From: Neoconidiobolus thromboides FSU 785
Lineage: Eukaryota > Fungi > Entomophthoromycota
Assembly: GCA_025603075.1 (NCBI GenBank)
Contig: MU626297.1
Span: forward strand, 1-64,000
Direction: 5' to 3'
DNA length: 64,000 nucleotides
This document shows positions 53,944-64,000 of this stretch, piece after piece. The position numbers were made by a program, and so were the translations under genes. Numbering within the stretch: position 1 is the stretch's first letter; every line of letters starts with the position of its first letter. Below the pieces are notes generated by a model. It ran no database searches and had not been told where the DNA came from. It worked only from the letters and a program-made list of their open reading frames with translations.

Positions 53944-54279
53944 TTAAAAAAGTAAAAGTTAAATGCATACTGTTTAATATATATTCGTTTTTGTAAATAA
54001 ATCCAATTAAATTAATATACTTTCCCTTTTACTTGTTTAACTTTATTTAACAAGAGTACAAATGAGTATAATTGGGGCTATTTAATAAAATTATTTTTTT
54101 GAGATTATATGGTTAATTTATTCTGGATCAACTTTTTAATAGTTGGGAGATTATGATATAAAATAAAATATGTATAAAAGCATATTAGAATAAAGAAATT
54201 TATTTAATCTTGAATTGAGATCAAAGTTTTATACTAAATATGTATAGCTTTTAGAAATTAAGAAAATCACAATCAGCTC

Positions 54280-54830
54280 CTTGGTTACCACATACTCATT
54301 GAATCATTTTATAAGTCATTTAATTAAACTCCATGCTATATTACTTTGTTGAAGGGATAGTTTTGTCATATAGCTACATAAATTCTAATATCTTATAAGC
54401 CTCTTCTCGCTTATAAGACTTAATAATGAAATATTCACATTTAATAGTAGGAATTAAGGAAATTAAAATCCCAATTTGATTCTTTAGCATTAAATGCAAT
54501 ATAATTATTGGGTGCCTTCTCTGAAGTGGTAAGAATGGTATTACTATAAAAGTAAAATGGAAATACTTTTAAAATTTAAAGGTAAATTATATGCTTCTGA
54601 TTTTCCAATTCACAAGATTTTGTATTAAAGCGATATTAAATTTTTAAGTAAATGTAGAAAATTACCACTTTAAACTCTCCTAAAAAACTCATTAAAAAGC
54701 ATAGTATTATTTATAATGAATTACGATATTAGTAAATATATAGTATCATTGGTTTAAAAAATTGAATTAGGAAGTTGCATGGAATCAATATACTCACATG
54801 TCTATAGTTTATATTATAATATAAAGTAAG
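54280..54830 (-). pseudogene. Possible degraded 7TM-receptor paralogue
   Basis: Stop- and frameshift-interrupted hydrophobic peptides (NIALTLYY..VSILIPCNFLIQ..IILCFLMSFLG..LISL*Y..LYCI) in the same order as the features of the neighbouring 7TM gene. Weak, by eye. Confidence 0.25.
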
Positions 54831-55934
54831 AGCTATATTTAAATATAGAAGACATGTTTAAATTGCTCAATGGAATTGATGTCTTAAGGACAAAGTCAAA
54901 GTTGATATTCTATAAATGATAGAGTGCCTTAAATTATAGTTTTAGGAGTATGGACGAAAAAATATGCAATAAAATTCAATAGTCGTTATACATACAGCTA
55001 ATCAAAGTTATTATAGGTCTATAGTTAGAACTACTTAATATCATGTTAATATCAAATGATCACCTGGTTTCTAAATATTGTAAAAGAACATTAAAAACCT
55101 GCTTAACTACTTCAACGATATTAATATCCGACTTGCAGTAAATTGACCAGGAGCAACTTGTTTCAAAAATAAGTTAACATCTTTAATATTAAATGTATAG
55201 AAAACTCAAAATGGTTACAAATAGATGTATCCCATTATTATATAAAGTCCTTTTGCCTCTGAGATAAAAATGTGTACTTTACTAAAATCCAGTATCTGTT
55301 TTTAATCAGATTGGAACCATTATTTTTATCAATTAGTATCAGAGTAAAGGTGTTAAACTCTAGTTTTTAAAATCAATCAAATATCTATGTAGTGGGAATA
55401 TGTACTCTATTTCCAACCATAAGGCATTGAATAATATAATATAAATTATAAATTGAGTTTTAATTTAGAGATAAAGTAATAGTCACTATAAAGTAAAGAT
55501 TTATTATAAAGATTTAGTTGAAATATAATTTGGCTTTATTAAAAACAGGTTTAAGCAATAAGATTAACTGGCTATTTATCGAAAAATAATGTTCTATTTA
55601 AATAGTTGATAAAAATATATCTATTTTATTTTACAAGCTACTATTGACTTTTGAAATAAAATTGATTTAATAGTACTAGTCGCTATATCTACTTAAAAAA
55701 GGAGAAGTTCAGAGTAGCTGTAGAGTAAACGTTTTTTATATCGTTTGGTTTACATTCAACTTCTTTATGAATTTTCCTTATACTAGATTGCTCTATATAT
55801 TATCGTTTTTTGCTTTTCTAAGCTAAAGAAATATACAGTTTTTTTAGATATTTAATTTAACCAATCATTCTATTCTTAAAAATCAACAACTATATTATCT
55901 AATTGGTTTACTCATTGTCAAACCATTTTTAAAG

Positions 55935-57107
55935 ATGGCAAAATCAAAATATGAATATGTAAGAGATTTTGAGCAAAATGACAGTTTATTGAAAGGCACC
56001 TTTATCGTTATAAGGATTGATGGACAAGCATTCCATAAGTAAGGGAGTACTATTTATTCTTGGATAACTAACTGTAAATAGGTTTACTACCAAACACTCT
56101 TTTACAAAACCAAACGATGATAGAGGAATTAATCTAATGAACAAAGCAGCTCTTGAAGTAATGAGGGATAATTCTGACATATTTTTTGCTTATGGACAAT
56201 CCGACGAGTATAGGTAAAGGCACTAAAAAACACGAGATTATTAATAACATATAGTTTTGTTTTCAAATATGATACCGAACAATATGATAGAAGAGCTAGG
56301 TAAAATAAGCAAATATTAAAAAAAAATTATTAAACTTTTTAAAGTAAATTGATATCAACAGTAGTGAGCAAATTTACAAGCAATTATACTTTTCATTGGA
56401 ATGACTTTTTTCCAACAACCAAATTAAATTACCCACCTTCATTTGATGGGAGAGCGATTTGTTACCCTTCTATTAAAAGCTTAAAAGATTATTTATCATG
56501 GAGGCAAGTCGATTGTAAATTTACAATTTATAAAGTGCTAAATAAAGTATTAAATACAACACATAGGTCATATTAATAATCTTTATAATTACTGTTTTTG
56601 GAAATTAGTCGAAAGTGGAGTCAGTAATAAAAAAGCCCAAGAATATTTGAAGGTAAATATACTATTGATTTTTTATAATTGAAATATCTCAACTCATTAA
56701 GGATACTGTTTCTTCTGATAAAAACGAGCTTTTATTTACGAAATTTAATATAAACTATAGTAAACTGCCTGAAATGCATAGAAAGGGATCTGTTATCTTT
56801 AAACCTAAAGTAATATTTATATGTAATTAGAAACATTAACTCATCAATGTGTTAGATTGTTAAGAAAATTCATGAGAGAAAAAACTTAACTATGAGCTCT
56901 AATGGAACAAACAATAACCCTGAAAAGATATTGAAGTTAGAAGAAGCTGAAAATACTGAATTAACTCCAAATGATGTACGAATTATAAATAATGAAGTAG
57001 AAACAGCAAAGTCAATTCTAAAACCTGGAAAGGTTACTATCCATCATATTGATATCATATCCAAAAAGTTTTGGGATGAACATAATTATTTGTTACCAGA
57101 AATATAA
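55935..57107 (+). CDS. THG1: tRNA-His guanylyltransferase
   Basis: MAKSKYEYVRDFEQ..IVIRIDGQAFH, YGQSDEYS, PPSFDGRAICYPS..LKDYLSWRQVDC|HINNLYNYCFW, GT.SSDKNELLF.KFNINYSKLPEMHRKGSVI, HIDIISKKFW. Confidence 0.97.
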
Positions 57108-57231
57108 ACCAGAAGCATACAGTATAATATAAGTAGAAATAAAAGATAATAAGCTTAAAAAGATTATTTTTTTGATATTAATTATTAATTTATTAAGTGC
57201 TATTTACAAAATAACTACTAATCTATAATAA

Positions 57232-57825
57232 CTATACCATATTAGAGCAATCAACTTTAAACTTTTGTGAACAGTCTGTACCACTAGCTAGTTCTTGTGC
57301 CCAATATAAATCAACCATACCATATCCAAGACATTCATAATGATCACCTAACAAGTTGGCTCTATGGCCTTCGGATATAGTCCATGAGTTCATAGCTTGG
57401 GCAATATTCTTTTGATTAAAAGCAACATTTTCACCAGAATAAGTAGGAATGTAACCACTTAATTTAATACGAGCATTAAATTCTTTGGTATCTGAAGTGA
57501 AACCAACATGGCTCATCTTTTTATTTCTAGCCATTTCAGCAGCATGTTTTTGTGCAGCTTCATTAAGACGTTGATCTAACCTTAACTCTGATTTTCCATT
57601 TTCTCTCCTCAATTTGTTCACTCGACATAACATCTCATAACTATCGTTTGGGAAAGATTTGGTTGATAGGCTACTTGCTTCTTTTTGTGCTTTTTCGGCT
57701 TTAATTGTTTCTTCGGATTTGACGATATATGTTTTAACTGATGTTGTTACAATAACCTTGGGAGAAATGATTTGCAATAAGAATAAGATAGCAAGAATAA
57801 AGAAAGTACCGGACTTCATGATCAT
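57232..57825 (-). CDS. Secreted CAP/SCP domain protein 3
   Basis: Intronless; signal peptide; MLCRVNKLR..LNEAAQKHAAEMA..MSHVG..GENVAFNQ..SWTISEGHRANL..YWAQEL. Confidence 0.92.
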   Translation of the reverse strand: MIMKSGTFFILAILFLLQIISPKVIVTTSVKTYIVKSEETIKAEKAQKEASSLSTKSFPNDSYEMLCRVNKLRRENGKSELRLDQRLNEAAQKHAAEMARNKKMSHVGFTSDTKEFNARIKLSGYIPTYSGENVAFNQKNIAQAMNSWTISEGHRANLLGDHYECLGYGMVDLYWAQELASGTDCSQKFKVDCSNMV

Positions 57826-59154
57826 TATATTATTGAAAAGTAAAAGGCAAAATTAGGTGGTTTTCTGTATTTATATTGATTTGATAATCTTTATAGATTA
57901 AGTATAATTAATTGATTTTTGTAGACTTTGTTCTGATAAAAAAATATTTTATTAAGAACTTATTATTTTGTAGATTAAAGCAACTTTAATTTTTTGAATT
58001 TTTTAGTTGGTATTGTCTTTGTTTATATACTTTATTTTCAATGGTGTAAACATGCGCTGTTAATACCACTATTAAAACAGCATTTAATATTATAGTTACC
58101 AGGGTATGAAGTAGCCAAGCATTTTCAAAGTCATTCTAAAGAATAGCAGCTAAATAGTTTACTTCATCAAGGGAGATAGCTGCAAGTAAAATTGATTTAA
58201 TTAAACAGATACCCGCTACTATTTCTAAGAAGTATTTAAGGTGCTTAATTATTTCATTTTGTGTAATGTGGGCTCATCAATTATTTTAAAGAATTTAATA
58301 AAAGTCAAACTTAAGCTATTAATGTTTATAGTAGTAATATATGGCACATACAGTATAATATATAATGATAATATATTAGCTAACCTTTAACTTTCAAAGT
58401 GTTATAGTTCTGATTTGGACATTACTTTTATATTGAACTGTTTGTTATAGAGTTCTCATAAATTAATATTTAATTAAAAGCTATCATTTTATGAGCTATA
58501 TGATTAAATAATACATAAACAAAAATGATTTTTTTCTGGATTATTATGTAAAGTTAAATTAATTAATTAATTAATTTATGAACTATACTTAATTCCAGTT
58601 AACAGGAGATAATATTCTCGAAAACCAAGCTAATGATTAAAAATGTTTTTTATATAAAAGCAGCCTAATTTTATTAAACTTTGTAAAAAATGATATTTCT
58701 AAAATAAAAGATCTAAGTTTTAATGTTATTAAAAGAGCATATTTAAGTTTATATGTCAATTTAAAGTCCCTTTAAAATTTTTATCGGCTTTATGTTAAAT
58801 TAATGACTAAACTATATAAACATATAATTCTTGATTTGATATTTTATGAGCACTATCAAATTAAAATATGCACTATAAAATAGTCTGATTTAATTAAAAA
58901 ATTGATATTATTTTTGACAATTATAGTATCTATAACTTGTATAATTTACACCATAGTGTGTATACCTTATCTTTTATTAAATGTGTGTCATATTCTAACC
59001 TTTTATTAAACTTGCTGTCGTTAAATGTAAAATTAAAATAAGTTAAATTTTATATTAGGACCAAACCATATTAATATCAAAATTTTAAATAAGTTTATAA
59101 ATATATATATTTTAATTAAGATAATAATAGTTGTACATGATTAAACCTATAAAC

Positions 59155-59156
59155 AA

Positions 59157-59187
<31 letters not shown>

Positions 59188-59209
59188 TAAAAATAAAATA
59201 AAATAAAAA
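59155..59209. repeat. (TAAAAA/TAAAA)n simple repeat
   Basis: aaataaaaataaaaataaaa... run just past the MFS stop codon. Confidence 0.85.
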
Positions 59210-59223
59210 GGCCAAACAATTTA

Positions 59224-60690
59224 TTAAATCAATACTACCTCACGCCTCTTAATCAGTACAATTGAAAGTAAACCTGCAACAATGCAGAAGAAAGAAGTGA
59301 TTAAAAAGGACGATCTATAGCAAAGGTTTCCTTTGTTACATATAAGTTCTGATGAGCTGGAAAGATTTGAGTCATAAATTAGTCCAAACAATAGTGAAAA
59401 TAATTGTCCACCTAGTGCTGGGCCTATATTTAACCAACCCCAATTTATTCCAAATCGAATAGTACCAAACCAAACGGAGGTTAATGTTGGCGCAACTGCA
59501 AACATAAATCCATATCCAATTCCCATAATACTTGAGCAAATAACTATTTGATGAATACCTGCATAACCTGAAATTAATTGAGAAATGGCTAATATAATTG
59601 CAGACGATAATAAGAAATAAGTGCGCTTCACTTTAAAATGATAAGCTAAATAATCTGAACTAGTTGCAAATAATAATCTAGATAAACAATTGAGAATAGA
59701 AAATACAGAAACATTCAACGCTTGTAATTGTGGCAAGTTATCTATTTTTTCAACTACTTCTAATGTATGAAGCATTGATCCAACATTATTGATGTACATT
59801 AAACCAGATCCTCCAATAAACAATATGCTTATAAATAATAAACGAGCATCCCAATCATAAAATAAATCCATGCCTCCAATATCAATATCACCATTATTAT
59901 TGGTACGAACAGCTTCATTGTTATCTTCTTCTATCATTACTTCATAATCTAATTTAATCAAAAAGCGTGAAGAAATAAAAGTAATCAAACTAGTTGAAAT
60001 AGCCATGAAAGATAAATACCCTGAGGTATTTGCCTCATCTCCGTTAACGAAAAATTGATGATAAACTAATGAAAATAAAAAAGCTGATAACCCAAAAAAG
60101 GTTACTGGTACTCCTATCCCAAATCCTCGTTTATGTCTAAAATTATGTCCCTAAAAATAAATTACTTAATATCAAAAAAAGCTACAAAATATTAATACTT
60201 ACTGTAGTTGCTGTGGCAGTAATATATGCACAGCCTCCAGCCATACCTACCATGAAGTAATAAATCATCATCAAAACAAATGCGGAAGGTAATACGCCGT
60301 TATAAGTTAGTGACATTAACATAAATCCAACAAAATATAATACAGTAGAATATAAACCAACACTTTACAAAAAAATAGCCAATTTAAACATTGTACTAAT
60401 AATAAAATTCAAAAGCATTACCTTGAAGTAGGATAATTATCAGACAAATAACCGAAATAAGGTGTAGAAACAAAGACACCTAGATTACCCGCAATTGCTA
60501 TAAGATTTAATTGTAGGGAAGTATAACCTAGTTTGGAAGCAACTTGGGGGCCATATAAAGAAAAACTGTAAACTATTCCACCACATGTTGTTGATAAACA
60601 TCCTGCTATTAATGTTATATTTGTTAACCATCTTGTCCCAAATATTCTTTGTAGAGTATCTGAGTTTAAGTTTAATTTATCAATTACCAT
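59224..60690 (-). CDS. MFS transporter, Mch1/nodulin-like (NFD4) family
   Basis: GIVYSFSLYGPQVASKLGY..LNLIAIAGNLG..PYFGYLSD; GGSGLMYINNVG; NCLSRLL...SDYL; FGTIRFGINWGWL..PALGGQLFSLLFGLIYD; C..GNLCY. Confidence 0.9.
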
Positions 60691-61254
60691 TATTATTGAA
60701 CTATAATAAAACGAAGTTGATGTTTAAAGAAAGAATTAAACTATTAAATCGAAATTTAATAAGTTTAAGTTATACAATATATAGCTGATGATTAAAGATT
60801 GATTCTACTATTTTTTGTTATAATCAGTTTAACTTTATTTTCAATCGTTTAAAACGCAACTTAATTTTTTTATACTAAATTATTAATTTAAGCCCCACCT
60901 TAATATATTTGCATGTGATTCTCAACTTCTAAAAAGAGTAAATTTGTTTTACTTTTATTTGATATAAAATAAAGATTATCTGTACTAACAGGACCAGTAT
61001 ATATTTTTTTACTTCTTTATATGTCTAATTTCAACTAACTATTATTAAATTTTAGATATTTTAGCCTCAATTTTAAGGAAAGGGTTGCATTTCAAAAAAT
61101 AAGATAAAATGAGCATGTTGAATTAAAATAAACTTTAGAGTGTATACACTAACTTTAAAATTTATAGTAGATAAATTATTGAATAAATTTACTATTTTAA
61201 TAACAAGATAATTTAACAAATAGCTAAACAAAGCAAGATATCTAATAGATTTTT

Positions 61255-61574
61255 TGATAAAGTAGGTATCTTCGGGCTTTCAATAGATGGTGCATTTGAT
61301 CAAAACAAAGAAAATATATATGAAGAGGATTTACAAAGAGATCGAAATAGATCACATCAGCATCTTTGGGTTTATACGTGTTTTACGATCTGTAAGAGAT
61401 AAGATACTTGAAGAGAATCCTGAAATGTTGTTTGAGAATCTTGGTAAAGCCACTGGTCAAAGACGCCAGAGGTTTATCCCAGGAGATAAGAAGCCTTTTA
61501 AATTTAAAGCAGGTGGAGAAATAAAATTATATGGGAGTGTTTCTTTTGGGTCCATTACTTTTTCCACCTTTTAA
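61255..61574 (+). other. Unassigned coding-like fragment running into MITE copy 7
   Basis: Locally higher GC; two overlapping open frames (..DKVGIFGLSIDGAFDQNKE.. and ..FIRVLRSVRDKILEENPEMLFENLGKATGQRRQRFIPG..). No recognisable family. Confidence 0.2.
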
Positions 61575-61634
61575 ACACTATTTGAGCGGAAAAATTCTTA
61601 GTAAAATCCTCAAAGGTAAAAAAACATCCCCGTA
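61530..61634 (+). mobile_element. MITE-like repeat, copy 7
   Basis: TATGGGAGTGTTTC...TTACTTTTTCCACCTTTTAAACACTATTTGAGCGGAAAAATTCTTAGTAAAATCC...AACATCCCCGTA. Confidence 0.78.
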
Positions 61635-62081
61635 TGATGGTAAGAAATGAGCATTTGAGGCTAACACCACCGACTAGAACTATTAAGTCTATTTTAAGGA
61701 CTTAGTCATAGGTATTCTAATTAAAACTACATTTTGGTAATAAATTTAATAGTATATATGTGATATAAACCCTTGAAATGATACTTCAATTGACAAAATT
61801 CTTTGATATAGAAGGCTCTTTATATTTTCTTAATCATGAATATGCATATTGCTAGCCTTCTAGCTAATCATATTATTTTAAAAAATGAGCTAAAAATGTT
61901 TATAGTATATTTGTTATATAGTTAGTAAATATCATTATCAACACTAATGACATTCTCATTGAAGTATTGACTTTGATGTTAATTTGACAAACTAGTTTGG
62001 AATTTAGTACAACTTTAGTTCAAATAATTTTTTAATTTGTTTAATCTTTAAATTTAAATTTACTATTTTAAACAAACAATA

Positions 62082-62184
62082 TCTGGAGATATATTTTTAT
62101 ATCTAAGAATTTTACTAACAATTTCTCCACTCAAATAGCTCTTAAAAGATGGAAAAAGTGATGAGGCCGAAAAAACGTCCTCAT
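62082..62184 (-). mobile_element. MITE-like repeat, copy 8 (inverted)
   Basis: TGGAGATATATTTTT..AAGAATTTTACTAACAATTTCTCCACTCAAATAGCTCTTAAAAGATGGAAAAAGTGATGAGGCC..ACGTCCTCAT. Confidence 0.8.
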
Positions 62185-62243
62185 CTGTTTCTTTACAAAA
62201 CTCTTATCTTTCTGATAAAGTTTTATATAAATAAAAACAACGA

Positions 62244-62345
62244 TGTGAGGATGTATCTTTTTGTTTAAGGATTTTACTGACAATTTTTCTGCTTAAATAG
62301 TGCTTAAAAATAGAAAAGTTAATAAAACTGAAAAACATTCTCATA
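62244..62345 (-). mobile_element. MITE-like repeat, copy 9 (inverted)
   Basis: TGAGGATGTATC..GGATTTTACTGACAATTTTTCTGCTTAAATAGTGCTTAAAAATAGAAAAG..AACATTCTCATA. Confidence 0.75.
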
Positions 62346-63284
62346 TAATATAGAGAATATAAAGGAATCTAGAGTAGTGTAAACTTGAATTATTGTCAAA
62401 ATACCGAAGACAATATTGTCTATAAGTCTCAAAAAACTTACATGGTATAATAATTTAGCATTGATGTATAAAATCATAAATAGCTATAGCATTAAATCAG
62501 CGATTATATATAAATATTTATACTTTAGAACTATAGAATGCCTGATATTTATTTGAGTTTAAATTAATTATACGCATTTGATAAGCTTATTTTTAATGTG
62601 TAGACATTTTTATAAATAATTTAAAAGGTTTTGAAAAAAAATACAATTTTTTTTAGTATAGTTGCAATTCTATTAATTATTTAATTCACTTTACTTCATA
62701 TAAGGTTTTAAATCAAATCTAGTAACAATGCTTGTAACAAGAAACTTTTTTCTAATATAAATTATTAATTTTTCTACATCAGTAATAAAATAATTTTTAA
62801 TGTGATTTGAACAACAAAAAGTTAATAAAAAATACAATTTGTGACTAGTGATTTCAAGGTGAGCTCTTGTGCATTTTGTGGTTTCTATTTATTATTAGAA
62901 GCATTTATTTCAATAGAGTTATTGATTATAAATTTATGCATATTTTCTAATTATAAACTATAAAAAATAGTAAAATAAAAGGATATAATTTATAAACCCA
63001 ATATTATATGTATTTTAAAGAAACCTATTGCTCTTTGCCCAAATTAATGTTATCATCATCAGTACTTTTCTTTTAGACTTAGATTTTCAATAATAACAAA
63101 TTACTCACTACACAAGCCCATAAACTACCTAATAAAGTTATATCTATAATTTTCAAAATTTACGCGGCCACCAAAGCTAACTTTTTAAAAAAATGTGAAA
63201 AATAGAGCACTTATTTGCTAAAACTTAAATTCAACTAAAACTAAGAAATCACTTTATCTTCCTATAAATCAATTTTTTAATAAA

Positions 63285-63997
63285 ATGCCAGATGCTATCT
63301 ACCATCAACTTACTGACTTTATACTTCATCCTGATAATCGAGCCCTATTATCCATTGTAAAAGGATTTAGAAATGGTATTGTTTATGGAACTAAAGTACG
63401 CTTCCCACACGCTTTGGTGATGACTTTATTGTTTCGTAGTGGAAGGTATTATTTTTTGTTTTTTAGTTAGACTACTCATAACTATTTAAATAGTATTAAA
63501 GATAAGATCAAAGCCATCTTTTTAGCTACTAGAACTCATGCCAAGAACTTAGCTTTTTTTGTAGCTATTTATAAAACTACTATGCTGGTATTATCTAAGT
63601 TAAACCATAGTAAAGAAGGTAAGTCTCATGCCTTTTTAGCTGGTATGCTAGGTGGTTATGTTGTCTTTGGTAAAGAAATAAGTATAAACAAGCAGGTAAA
63701 GAAAAAGTTTTATATTCTATATTTTAGTTAAATCAATCATTAATTTAATTTCAGATTGTTTTATACTTATTTGCAAGGGTAGTACTTGGGTTGGCAAACT
63801 TACCAATTAAATATAATTACATTTCACAACCAGATGCTTATCCTATCTTTGCAGCTGTAGTTTGGGGTACAGTTATGTGGTTATTTCGCCATGAAGCTTC
63901 AGTATTACAGCCTTCCTTACGTGCATCAATGCAATATCTTTATGTTGATTCTAATTATTGGTCATCTCTTAAAACATTTATTTGGCACAACAAATAG
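63285..63997 (+). CDS. PXMP4: Peroxisomal membrane protein 4 (PXMP4/PMP24, Tim17 family)
   Basis: LSIVKGFRNGIVYGTKVRFPHALVMTLLFRSG, ATRTHAKNLAFF, QIVLYLFARV, FAAVVWGTVMWLF..LQPSLRASMQYLYVDSN.W. Confidence 0.93.
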
Positions 63998-64000
63998 TCC

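Noticed and set aside
54900-55600. Possible decayed F-box/LRR-type or other coding relic
   Set aside because: No frame stays open long enough and no motif is recognisable without a profile search.

Overview
Very AT-rich eukaryotic (fungal) genomic DNA with many short GT-AG introns (mostly about 45-60 nt). Gene content and structure suggest an early-diverging fungus, probably Entomophthoromycotina (Conidiobolus-like); this is an inference. About 30 protein genes could be reconstructed by hand: two head-to-head SEC11 paralogues, a CHD/Mi-2(Mit1)-like remodeller, SHO1-like, VMA12-like, three secreted CAP proteins, M17 leucine aminopeptidase, DNMT2, MAM33, CHORD-CS protein, RPL29, kinesin-7, a DUF4149-like membrane protein, BNA6, SHM2, RPL28(uL15), an FHA-kinase, RSM27, GCN5, beta-carbonic anhydrase, ATP20, NIP7, RNF220-like, RsfS-like, a 7TM receptor, THG1, an MFS transporter and PXMP4. 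There is also one tRNA-Gly(TCC). The ORF track does not show the most interesting features: (1) micro-exons, including consecutive 6-nt and 4-nt exons that rebuild the kinesin GKTYTMTG motif, and 8-nt exons in DNMT2 and GCN5; (2) a ~105-bp MITE-like repeat with terminal inverted repeats, present in at least 9 copies; (3) two diverged pogo/Fot1-type transposase relics that share the same loss of the DDE domain; (4) an inverted, divergently transcribed SEC11 duplication. Exon boundaries were read by eye and are not supported by transcript data. No CRISPR array or rRNA was seen.
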